Assembly (NCBI GenBank): GCA_963854565.1
Contig: CAWKZT010000001.1
Span: forward strand, 1-35,982
DNA length: 35,982 bases
Origin: Acidimicrobiia bacterium
GTDB lineage: Bacteria; Actinomycetota; Acidimicrobiia; Acidimicrobiales; JAHEJN01
Direction: 5' to 3'
The notes under the pieces: model-generated
The model's input: only the letters and a program-made list of their open reading frames with translations
The model's database searches: none
What the model was told of the DNA's origin: nothing
Position numbers and translations under genes: made by a program
Part shown: positions 1 through 8,541 of the stretch, piece after piece
Position numbering within the stretch: the stretch's first letter is position 1
How the letters are laid out: every line of letters begins with the position of its first letter

Positions 1-1
1 G

Positions 2-1060
2 GCCAACACCAATTACACGCCACGGGCTACCGGACTTTCCCTTGATGCCATGGCTGATCTCGAGCCCTACTGGGAGAGCGTCCGTCGCCTATATGCGCCG
101 TTCGAAGCTGGTCTTCGTTCGCCGACTGGCTCGGTCTATCGCCACGAAATCCCCGGCGGACAGTTGTCCAACTTGCGCCAGCAAGCTATTGCGCTGGGCT
201 TAGGCGATCGCTTCGAAGAAGTCGAACATCTTTATGCCGCTTGCAATGCCCTTCTGGGCCACCTCATCAAAGTGACCCCCAGCTCCAAGGTCGTAGGCGA
301 CCTGGCCCTTTCACTTCTGGGTAGTGGCGTCACCGTCGAACAACTTGAATCCGATCCGGCTTCCATTGATCTTCCGGACAGTGTCATTGGTTTCCTGCAC
401 GGAGAACTCGGTACACCTGCGGGCGGGTGGCCCGAGCCGTTCCGCACCCGGGCACTGGAAGGTCGCCGCCCCAAGCAGACGCCACCGCCACTCGACGAAA
501 CCGAACTTGCACAACTCGACACGCAACGTCGCCGCACGCTCAATCGTCTGCTCTTTCCCACGCCAGCCGCCGACTTCGAACAACATCAAGTCGACCACGG
601 CGACGTCTCGGTACTTCCCACCGGCGTGTTCTGGTACGGCATCGAACCCGGTGAAAATGACGCCAGTATCCACCTCGAAAAAGGGGTGCGCATCCTGGTT
701 GGCATCGAAGCCATCGGCGAACCCGACGTCAAGGGAATGCGCACGGTGCTGTTCCGCCTCAACGGTCAAATCCGTCCCGTGTTGGTTCGTGATAATGCGG
801 TCGATAGCGGCCACGTCGAAGCCGAGCGGGCCGATGCTGCGAACCCGGGCCATATTGCCGCACCCTTCAATGGGGTTGTCAGCCTCAAGGTCGGCGAGGG
901 CGATGTCGTCGAAGCAGGCGATCCCGTAGCGTCGATCGAAGCCATGAAAATGGAAAGCATAATCTCGGCCCCCATTAGCGGCAAGATCCAACGCCTAGCA
1001 GTAGCGCAAGTAGACAAAGTCGCCGGAGGCGACCTGCTCTTGGTGATCGTCGCCGACTAA
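2..1060 (+). CDS. pyc: pyruvate carboxylase, C-terminal fragment (5' end lies outside the window)
   Basis: The frame is open from nt 2 with no stop before the first Met at 50. Carries the carboxylase conserved-domain motif YRHEIPGGQLSNL, the PC-type segment LFRLNGQIRPVLVRD, and a C-terminal biotinyl domain with the EAMKME biotin-attachment motif. Confidence 0.85.
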   Translation, partial: ANTNYTPRATGLSLDAMADLEPYWESVRRLYAPFEAGLRSPTGSVYRHEIPGGQLSNLRQQAIALGLGDRFEEVEHLYAACNALLGHLIKVTPSSKVVGDLALSLLGSGVTVEQLESDPASIDLPDSVIGFLHGELGTPAGGWPEPFRTRALEGRRPKQTPPPLDETELAQLDTQRRRTLNRLLFPTPAADFEQHQVDHGDVSVLPTGVFWYGIEPGENDASIHLEKGVRILVGIEAIGEPDVKGMRTVLFRLNGQIRPVLVRDNAVDSGHVEAERADAANPGHIAAPFNGVVSLKVGEGDVVEAGDPVASIEAMKMESIISAPISGKIQRLAVAQVDKVAGGDLLLVIVAD

Positions 1061-1260
1061 CACCGGCGGATCGGTTTAATTGCCCATTACGCAGATCACC
1101 CCCTCGTCTGTCCCATCGTTGGATTGCGAGGCAACATCGGGCACCGTTGGCGACACGCCTAATGCGCCCATTGCTGGTCATCTTTAGGGGAGTGACCAGC
1201 GTCGATAGGCATGAGCTGCGACAATGGCTGTCGCAGAAGTGTTGGATTGAGGTGATTGCC

Positions 1261-2268
1261 ATGCGTCGAATTTTGCTAATTGTCGTGCTCATGGCCTTTG
1301 CCGCGGTTGCCTGCGGAGGTGGTGAGGGGCCATCGTTTGAAGACAGCACCCCAGGTTTGTCCGTCAACACGCAAACTCCTGAGCCCACTGCGACGGCGGA
1401 CGATACAGGCTCTGTGGAGCCAGATAATCAGGAACCCACCGTCCCCATAATCCAGGGTGACGGAACCTACGGCAGCAACGAGTTGCTCGACGGTTTCTAC
1501 GACGACTGTTTGGCCCGTGACATGCAGGCGTGCGACAAGCTCTACCTGGCATCGCCGGCGGGATCCGAGTACGAAGCGTTGGCACAAACTTGTGGTGAGA
1601 CGGGCCGGTCCGGGATAGTAGGAACGTGCGAGGCACTCAGCGAAGATGACCCAATAGCAGGCGAACTTAACCCACAGTTCGAGGTAATCGAGACCTTGGG
1701 CGACGATCCAATTTTGGACGGTTTGTGGGGGACTTGTGAGGTAGGCGATCGAGAGACGTGCGACAAGTTGTACTTCGCCGCCCCGGTCAACTCCGACTAT
1801 GAAAATTTCGGGAGTACTTGCGGCCGCACCGAAGCTGAGACTTTCGGTGGGTGCGACGGACCATCTGGGCCCGGGGCAGTCGCGGTGAATCAGACCTACG
1901 GTGACAATGGCGGACTCGATTCGCTCCATGACGCATGCGGTCAGGGCATATTTGACGCCTGCGATGATCTTTACTCCTTCGCAGCGCCAGATACGGACTA
2001 TGCGGATTTCGGTCGTACCTGCGGTGGGGTGCCGCCCGAAGGCTTTGGCAACTGCGCTGGTCTCCAGGACACCGACGAGGGGCTTGACTTTGCCGCCAAC
2101 AACATCGGCGACGACCCGGGCTACGACACGCTCTACGTTGCGTGCCGCGAAGGTGTCTTTGACGCTTGCGACGAGTTGTTTTCCGTCGCCCCGCTGGATT
2201 CGGCCTACGAAGCGTTTGCAATGACCTGCGGCGAACGTCGAGCATCCTCAGTGGCTCGCTGCATCTAG
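1261..2268 (+). CDS. secreted lipoprotein made of four tandem Cys4 repeats, function unknown
   Basis: I prefer the ATG at 1261, preceded by GAGGTGA, over the track start at 1147. Signal peptide MRRILLIVVLMAFAAVAC has a lipobox-like AVAC. Four repeats follow with the pattern C-x7-C-D-x-L-[YF]-x3-4-P-x3-Y-x2-F-x2-TCG-x8-10-C. Confidence 0.75.
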   Translation: MRRILLIVVLMAFAAVACGGGEGPSFEDSTPGLSVNTQTPEPTATADDTGSVEPDNQEPTVPIIQGDGTYGSNELLDGFYDDCLARDMQACDKLYLASPAGSEYEALAQTCGETGRSGIVGTCEALSEDDPIAGELNPQFEVIETLGDDPILDGLWGTCEVGDRETCDKLYFAAPVNSDYENFGSTCGRTEAETFGGCDGPSGPGAVAVNQTYGDNGGLDSLHDACGQGIFDACDDLYSFAAPDTDYADFGRTCGGVPPEGFGNCAGLQDTDEGLDFAANNIGDDPGYDTLYVACREGVFDACDELFSVAPLDSAYEAFAMTCGERRASSVARCI

Positions 2269-2344
2269 CTGGACATCGATTGAGGACTGATACGCAACCA
2301 GTTCACGCGCTTAACTAGGGTGCAGAATCGACCAAGGAGCTCTG

Positions 2345-3502
2345 ATGACTGAAATTCACGGAACTGTTGTCCCCGGATGGGAAAGTGCCAGCGAAGCGTT
2401 CGCAGCTAATTTCGAGAAGGATCTTGAACTCGGGGCATCGTTCTACATGACCCACCAGGGCAAGCCCGTGGTCGATATTTGGGCCGGCGACGCTGATCCA
2501 CACGGAACGCCGTGGGCCGAGGACACCATGGTCAACGTCTATTCGACGACGAAGACTATGACGTTCATTGCGATCATGATGTTGGTCGATCGTGGTCAGC
2601 TTGATGTGCACGAAAAGGTGGCGACGTACTGGCCCGAGTTTGCCCAGAACGGCAAAGAGAACGTCACCATTGCTCAAGTGATGAGTCACCGGGCCGGTAT
2701 TCCTGGCTTTGACCCGAGTATCAGGACCGAAGACCTCTACGACTGGGATGCCGTAGTCGCCCAACTGGCGGGTCAGACGCCCTGGCTCGAGCCTGGGGGC
2801 GATTCGGCGTATCACGCCGTTACCCAGGGCTTCTTGCTGGGCGAGATTGTTCGCCGCATTGATGGACGCTCGTTTGGCACGTTCTTTCGCGAAGAGATTG
2901 CCGGTCCGCTGGGGGCCGATTTCCATGTCGGCTTTGGCCCAGAACACGACGCGAAATGTGGTGAGTTAATCCCGCCCGAGATTGATATGTCCGAGGCAGC
3001 GTTTGCTGCTGCTGGCATGCCGGCAGATTCGCTTGCGGCCCGAACCATGACGAGCGTCCCAATCACGGCACGCGAACCACAGACACGGGCGTGGCGTGCG
3101 GCGGAAATCCCCGCGGCCGGTGGATTTGGCAATGCTCGTTCGGTTGGTCGAATTCACAGCGCCTTGGCCTGTGGTGGTTCGGTCGATGGGGTCACGTTGA
3201 TGTCGCCGGAAACACTCGAGATGATCACCGAAACCCAGTCCCATGGAACCGATGGGGTCCTTCTCTTGGATATGCACTTTGGTTTAGGGTTCGGCCTCAC
3301 ATCGGAGACGGTGCCGTTGCCCAACAACCGCACCATTTATTGGGGTGGCTACGGCGGATCGTTGGCCGTCATTGACCTGGAGAACCAACTGACGTTCACC
3401 TATGTCATGAACCGGATGGACGCTGGCCTTGCGGCCGACGAACGAGGTATGTCGTTGGTCCTTGCTGGCTACCTGGCAGCCATGACCGCCGCGGTGGGTT
3501 GA
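2345..3502 (+). CDS. serine hydrolase, beta-lactamase/esterase (class C-like) family
   Basis: S-x-x-K motif (YSTTKTM) near the N-terminus, with overall length and pattern typical of the EstB/AmpC-like family. AAGGAG RBS at 2334..2339. Confidence 0.85.
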   Translation: MTEIHGTVVPGWESASEAFAANFEKDLELGASFYMTHQGKPVVDIWAGDADPHGTPWAEDTMVNVYSTTKTMTFIAIMMLVDRGQLDVHEKVATYWPEFAQNGKENVTIAQVMSHRAGIPGFDPSIRTEDLYDWDAVVAQLAGQTPWLEPGGDSAYHAVTQGFLLGEIVRRIDGRSFGTFFREEIAGPLGADFHVGFGPEHDAKCGELIPPEIDMSEAAFAAAGMPADSLAARTMTSVPITAREPQTRAWRAAEIPAAGGFGNARSVGRIHSALACGGSVDGVTLMSPETLEMITETQSHGTDGVLLLDMHFGLGFGLTSETVPLPNNRTIYWGGYGGSLAVIDLENQLTFTYVMNRMDAGLAADERGMSLVLAGYLAAMTAAVG

Positions 3503-3515
3503 AGCCGAGCCAGAG

Positions 3516-5078
3516 CTAATTGATGCCCTTCTCGAACTGTTCCCAGTAGGGCTCACGAAGTTTGAATTTCTGCAGCTTCCCAGTTGCCGTGCGGGCTAGT
3601 TCGTCGCGGAACTCAACCGAAGTTGGGCATTTGTAATGCGCCATTTCGTCCCGGCAATATTTTATGAGATCAGCCTCGGTTACATCCGCTGATGGATCGA
3701 CAACGACGAGTGCTTTAACGGTTTCCCCCCACTTCTCATCCGGTACGCCAATGACGGCGACCTCATTGATCGCGGGGTGAGAAAAGAGTCGGTCCTCAAC
3801 CTCAATCGACGACACGTTTTCGCCTCCTGAGATGATGACATCCTTTTTACGGTCCTCAATGTGGACGTAGCTGTCCTCGTCGATGGTGCCGCCATCACCC
3901 GTATGGAACCAGCCATCGCGTAACGCTTTGGCCGATTCTTCAGGCTGGGCCCAGTAGCTCTTAAGGACCACATTGCTTTGCGCACAAATCTCGCCATCGG
4001 GATTTACCCGCATTTTCACACCTATGGCTGGGGCCCCAGCACGACCTAATTTCTTGGCCCGGTCACCAGGAGTGAGGTCGTCCCACTCGGCCCGGCCACG
4101 GCTCATGGTGAGTAGCGGGGCGGTTTCGGTAAGGCCATAAATCTGGATGAATTCCCAACCCAGTTCGGTTTCTACTCGTTCGATGATGATGGTCGGTGGC
4201 GGTGCTCCAGCCACGATGATCCGGACTTTGTCGCGGCCAGGCACCGGACCATCCCATTCGACAGCGGCATCGAGAATTGCGGTGACGATTGCGGGCGCGG
4301 CGCACATGAACGTCACGCCATGTTCTTCGACCCGACGTAAAATTTCAGGGCCATCGACTTTGCGGAGCACAATCTGGGGGACACCAAGACCCGTTGTTGC
4401 ATAGGGCATGCCCCAACCGTTGCAGTGAAACATTGGCAACGTATGCAGGTACACGTCGCGGTCGCTGATCCCGGCGTGCAAGCTGAATACGGTCGCATTT
4501 ATCCACAGATTACGATGCGTCAGCTCGACACCCTTAGGCCGAGCCGTGGTGCCGCTGGTGTAGTTGATCGTGGCGGTGGCGTTCTCGTCGGCATCCCACT
4601 CGGTGGGTTCGACACCATGACGCAGCAGCGCATCAAACTCGGGTCCCATCATGAAGCTGTGGCTCACCGGCAGGCCCTCGGCAAGTTCAGCCATTTCGGG
4701 GTCGTACAAAACCACGTCGGCACCAGAATGTTCGATGATGTATTCGACCTCGGAGCGTGACAAGCGGAAGTTGATAGGCACGGCGACGCGCCCCCAGGCA
4801 CTAGCGCCCATCAGCACGAGCAATAGTCGAGAAGCATTCTGGGAAAGGACCGCGACCCGCCCCCCGAACGGAACACCTAATTCTTCCAGCCCGGCGGCCA
4901 AAGCCTTGGACTGTGTGTAGAACTCGCCATAGGTGAGCGTTGGCACGGGGTCGGCCGGCTGATCGGGCTCGTCAAAGATGGCCGGCCGATCGCCGTAGAC
5001 AATTGCCGCCCGTTCAAGCTGGTCGCGAATTGTCAGTGGTACTTCCATGGGTCCCCCGGATCGGTTAGTGCCTGTCAT
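3516..5078 (-). CDS. acyl-CoA synthetase (AMP-dependent synthetase/ligase)
   Basis: AMP-binding motif YTSGTTARPKG and the GYGLTE-like motif IYGLTET, with a C-terminal TGKLQKFKLR. An alternative start is the ATG at 5048 (MEVPLTIRD), which has GGGGGA upstream. Confidence 0.9.
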   Translation of the reverse strand: MTGTNRSGGPMEVPLTIRDQLERAAIVYGDRPAIFDEPDQPADPVPTLTYGEFYTQSKALAAGLEELGVPFGGRVAVLSQNASRLLLVLMGASAWGRVAVPINFRLSRSEVEYIIEHSGADVVLYDPEMAELAEGLPVSHSFMMGPEFDALLRHGVEPTEWDADENATATINYTSGTTARPKGVELTHRNLWINATVFSLHAGISDRDVYLHTLPMFHCNGWGMPYATTGLGVPQIVLRKVDGPEILRRVEEHGVTFMCAAPAIVTAILDAAVEWDGPVPGRDKVRIIVAGAPPPTIIIERVETELGWEFIQIYGLTETAPLLTMSRGRAEWDDLTPGDRAKKLGRAGAPAIGVKMRVNPDGEICAQSNVVLKSYWAQPEESAKALRDGWFHTGDGGTIDEDSYVHIEDRKKDVIISGGENVSSIEVEDRLFSHPAINEVAVIGVPDEKWGETVKALVVVDPSADVTEADLIKYCRDEMAHYKCPTSVEFRDELARTATGKLQKFKLREPYWEQFEKGIN

Positions 5079-5119
5079 TGTTGCTCACATATTCGTTGTA
5101 TGCGAGTTCGGGACCGCCG

Positions 5120-6016
5120 TTAAGAAAGACTGCGACCGGTACGAGCTTGTTTTTCTCGACGGGCAACGCCAGCCGCGGCAAGTTCGGCCTGGTTTTCGTC
5201 GGTGACAGGCAGGAATCGGTCACGCCAGCCGTCGTCATCGGCATCCCATACCTGGGGCGACATCACCGTGGTGCGTGGCTCCCAGGCCTGGCCCATAAGG
5301 GTGAGTGCTTGGTCGACGATTTCGGTTTGACCTTTGGTATCGCCGGGTTTGCCCGTGGGATTGCCAAGGGGAAAGTCGACAAACAGGAAACGAGCTACAC
5401 CGCATTCTTCAACGATGTCGCGGGCTGACCCAATGATCACCGTTGGGATTCCCTCGGTTTCAAGGTGACGGGAAACCAGGCTCACGGCCTGGTGACATAC
5501 CGGTCAGAACGGCACCAAGATTGCAATGTCGACATGGTCTTGTGCCATCCATTTAGCGATGGCGGGAGCATCGATCTGTGCCGTATGACGCTGGCTGTAC
5601 ACGGTCGGGGTGCCGTAGAAGCGCGGGGAAATCGAACCTAAGCGCCGGTCGTCGATGGCATCTTGGAGCGCCCGCCAAGGAAGGAACGATTCCGTGTCGT
5701 TGGTATGTGTCTCGTCCTTGGCCCAGGACAGCTTGTCGGCCGCCAGCAGTTCCACTGCTGAAAGTGGTGCTGCGTATGCCTGATCATGATCGGTAACGTA
5801 GGGAACGGTGTCTGGGTCGGGAAAATACCCGGTCGTGACCACGCCAACCCGGCACTCGCTCAAGGGCTTAGTAAGCGATGCGAAAGGCGCGTCAGCAAAG
5901 GCAGCCCATTCGTAAGAGCGGTCGTAGCCTTGTGCCGCGTAGTACTCGCGCGACTTGTCGATGTAGCTTACGAATCCGCGATGGCTGCGTCGGGTGGGGG
6001 TGGGCCCCTGCGTCAT
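5120..6016 (-). CDS. GrdB-family (glycine/sarcosine/betaine reductase component B-like) protein with in-frame TGA at 5504..5506; candidate selenoprotein
   Basis: Track ORFs 5504..6016 and 5120..5485 are in the same frame, with only one TGA between them. The read-through gives ...DIAILVPF-U-PVCHQAVSLVSRHLETEGIPTVIIG...FPLGNPTGKP, matching the U/C-x-x-C redox motif and the following GIPTV segment of the GrdB/PrdB family as I recall it. The N-terminus YIDKSREYYAAQGYDRSYEW is typical of the short non-clostridial GrdB-like family. The start overlaps the upstream ABM stop (ATGA). Confidence 0.65.
5475..5493 (-). promoter_or_regulatory. candidate bacterial SECIS hairpin
   Basis: mRNA reads UGA-CCGGUAUGUC-ACCAGGC-CGUGA-GCCUGGU, a perfect 7-bp stem that starts 10 nt after the UGA. 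The 5-nt apical loop contains GU at +22/+23 counted from the U of UGA. Confidence 0.5.
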
Positions 6017-6318
6017 GAAAGTGGCGTTTCGCCCGTGACTTCGTACATGGTTATGGTCTGGTAGATGGCGCCTAATGTGGCGATTACCGTGAAAAATTCG
6101 TTGATGTGCGGCATTTTCATATGGGGGCCGAGGTTGTCGGCGCTATCCCACATCTCGAATAAGCGGACGAGCCCGTCGTCATGAGTATCACGAGTAAAGA
6201 CGTACTCGAGGCAACCATCCTCGGCCCGGGTGGCATCCATTAATGGGGTGGTTGCCGCCATAAACGCGTCACGCTTTGAGGGATCGAGTTTTATTTTTCC
6301 AGAGATAATGACAGCCAT
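6013..6318 (-). CDS. antibiotic-biosynthesis-monooxygenase (ABM) domain protein / putative quinol monooxygenase
   Basis: About 100 aa, with a ferredoxin-like ABM pattern (CLEYVFTRD...LFEMWDSADNLGPHMKMPH). Its stop overlaps the next gene's start by 4 nt. Confidence 0.8.
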   Translation of the reverse strand: MAVIISGKIKLDPSKRDAFMAATTPLMDATRAEDGCLEYVFTRDTHDDGLVRLFEMWDSADNLGPHMKMPHINEFFTVIATLGAIYQTITMYEVTGETPLS

Positions 6319-6326
6319 AGTGACTC

Positions 6327-7907
6327 CTAATTGACCGCGCGATCGCGGCCTTCCCAGTACGGGGCTCGTAGGTCTTTCTTAAGTACCTTACCGGTGGGGT
6401 TGCGGGGGATCGAATCAACGAAGTCGACCGAGCTGGGGCACTTGAATCGGGCCAACAATGACCGGCAGTGTTCGATGATTTCGGTTGCCTCGGGCGAGGT
6501 GCCGGGCGCACGAACGACTATGGCCTTGGGTGTCTCGCCCCATCTGTCGGACGGCACACCGATGACGGCGCAGTCGGCCACGCCCTCGTGTTTCATGAGG
6601 GCATTCTCGATCTCGGCGGGGTACACATTTTCGCCACCGGAGATAATCATGTCTTTTATGCGGTCGTGCAAGTAGAGGTAACCGTCGTCGAGGTAGCCAG
6701 CGTCACCACTTCGGAACCAGTTTCCCCCCGGGAGAGCTTCTTGTGATGCGTCAGGAAGTTTCCAGTAGCCGACCATATTGGCTGGAGACTTGACCCAAAT
6801 CTCGCCCACTTCGCCGTCGGGTAGGGCCGGTGGATTGGACATATCGATGCCGTCGATGCTGTCGGGGTCGACGATGCGAAGTTCAATACCAGGCATGGCC
6901 TTTCCGGCGGCGCGGAGCAACTTGGCCCGCTTTTCTGGTTCGGCCCGGTGGTCATCGGGCGGCAACATCGTGACTACTCCCGTGGTCTCTGTTAGGCCAT
7001 ACACCTGTATGAAATCGCAATCAAACATTTCCATTGATCCGATGAGTACTTCTTCGGTGATCGGGGAAGCGCCATATGCCATAAGTTTCATGGACGAGAG
7101 ATCAATGCCTTCGAGCGGCATGAGTTGCAAGAACTGCAGTACGGCAGGCACCAGGAAAGCGTGGGTGATCTTGTGGTCATTTATGAACTGCAACAAGGCC
7201 CCAGGGTCCGCTTCACGGAGCAGTACGGTTTCGGCGCCCATCGCCATCCCGAACAATGCCCAACCGCTACCACCGATATGAAAGAGTGGCATCGCGGCCA
7301 TGTTGACACTGTCATATTCGATACCCCATGAGCCAGCAACACGATGCAAAGCGGTCATGGCGTTATGGCTAAGCAGGGCCCCTTTGGGGTTACCTGTCGT
7401 GCCGGAGGTATAGAGCTGGAACGCCACCTCGTCGGGATCGGGCCGCACCACGGGAACATCGCCGGGGGTGGCCTCAAGCCAGGCTTCGTAGGACGGATCA
7501 TCGCCAGACCCGCCAATCACTACGATGCGATTTGTGTGGGCCAGGTCGCCTCGAAAGTCAGCGAGGTGAGGGCCGAATTCGTGGTGGATTGCCACAACTT
7601 TGGCCTGGGCGTCGTTGAGGATATAGGCCATCTCAGGAGCAGCAAGACGCCAGTTGACGGCTACCAAAACCGCACCGAGACGGGCGCACCCAAAAAGTAA
7701 CTCAAAGTACTCAAACCCGTTCTTATCGATGAGGCCGACCCGGTCTCCGGGACCTACACCCGAGGCGGCGAGTGAGGAGGCAACGCTGGCCGCGCGAGCA
7801 TCCAACTCGGTCCAGGTGAGCGAAACGTCATCCAACCGAAGGGCTACCGCGTCGGGTTGGTGTGTTTCGTTTTCTGTGACGATGTCGCCTACTACTTTGA
7901 TTGCCAT
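6327..7907 (-). CDS. acyl-CoA synthetase (long-chain-fatty-acid-CoA ligase-like)
   Basis: Motifs YTSGTTGNPKG, VYGLTETTG, SGDAGYLDDGYLYLHDRIKDMIISGGENVYPAEIE and PRNPTGKVLKKDLR. Confidence 0.9.
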   Translation of the reverse strand: MAIKVVGDIVTENETHQPDAVALRLDDVSLTWTELDARAASVASSLAASGVGPGDRVGLIDKNGFEYFELLFGCARLGAVLVAVNWRLAAPEMAYILNDAQAKVVAIHHEFGPHLADFRGDLAHTNRIVVIGGSGDDPSYEAWLEATPGDVPVVRPDPDEVAFQLYTSGTTGNPKGALLSHNAMTALHRVAGSWGIEYDSVNMAAMPLFHIGGSGWALFGMAMGAETVLLREADPGALLQFINDHKITHAFLVPAVLQFLQLMPLEGIDLSSMKLMAYGASPITEEVLIGSMEMFDCDFIQVYGLTETTGVVTMLPPDDHRAEPEKRAKLLRAAGKAMPGIELRIVDPDSIDGIDMSNPPALPDGEVGEIWVKSPANMVGYWKLPDASQEALPGGNWFRSGDAGYLDDGYLYLHDRIKDMIISGGENVYPAEIENALMKHEGVADCAVIGVPSDRWGETPKAIVVRAPGTSPEATEIIEHCRSLLARFKCPSSVDFVDSIPRNPTGKVLKKDLRAPYWEGRDRAVN

Positions 7908-8059
7908 GACTGCCCCCTGGTTTGTTTAAGAGTTAGCGCGTTTTGCCGCACCGAATAAACAGAGTGATGGTAGATGATGGGCGCGGTGAGCGTAGTAGTT
8001 GGCTATTTCGTCGTCGTGTAGTTCGCGGTCCTTGGGTTGGCTCTGGCACACTGGGAGGT

Positions 8060-8500
8060 ATGGGACAAACCGCTGCTGCACCTTTGATTAAGGCTGCCCG
8101 TGTGGTTAAGGCGGCCGGTGGTGTCGTTCTTAAGGGCAAGAAGACTCCCAAGGTACTGGTTGTGCATCGGCCGAAGTATGACGACTGGTCGCTACCAAAG
8201 GGCAAACTCAACCGGGGGGAGTCATGGGAGGCGGCGGCGGTACGCGAAGTGCTCGAAGAAACCAATGTTCAGGCCCAGATTGTCGACACCCTTAATCCGA
8301 CCAGCTACTGGATCAAAAATCGCCCCAAAGTGGTGGTTTGGTACCTGATGGAGGTTGTGAAAGAACCCCGCTTTAAACCCAATAGCGAGGTAGATCAAGT
8401 GGTCTGGGTGCCACTAGACGAGGCGCGCAAGTTGCTTACTTACCGGGACGAGCGGACGGTCGTGAAGCAGGTTCTCAAACCCAAAAAGTCGAAACGGTAG
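8060..8500 (+). CDS. NUDIX hydrolase
   Basis: Nudix box GKLNRGESWEAAAVREVLEETNV. I prefer the ATG at 8060, preceded by GGGAGG at 8053..8058, over the track start at 7943. Confidence 0.85.
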   Translation: MGQTAAAPLIKAARVVKAAGGVVLKGKKTPKVLVVHRPKYDDWSLPKGKLNRGESWEAAAVREVLEETNVQAQIVDTLNPTSYWIKNRPKVVVWYLMEVVKEPRFKPNSEVDQVVWVPLDEARKLLTYRDERTVVKQVLKPKKSKR

Positions 8501-8541
8501 ATACCCGTAGCGGCCCGCGCCTGAAAGAACGACGCTGAATT

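Noticed and set aside
311-991. Long antisense or out-of-frame ORFs inside clearly assigned genes. Examples are 311..991(-), 1276..1929(-), 2315..2947(-), 17507..18082(-), 23114..23995(-), 32926..33564(-) and 35115..35615(-).
   Set aside because: They lie entirely within genes that have strong family motifs on the other strand or frame. Their products are Arg/Pro/Ser/Gly-rich with no recognisable motif. Such shadow ORFs are expected in GC-rich DNA.
1216-1236. 8-bp hairpin CTGCGACA-ATGGC-TGTCGCAG between pyc and the lipoprotein gene, considered as a terminator.
   Set aside because: No T-run follows it and it sits 25 nt before the next start codon. It could be a leader structure, but nothing more can be supported.
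1147-1260. N-terminal 38-codon extension of the repeat lipoprotein, as listed in the track.
   Set aside because: The extension would bury the signal peptide. The internal ATG at 1261 has a GAGGTGA RBS and gives a canonical lipoprotein N-terminus.
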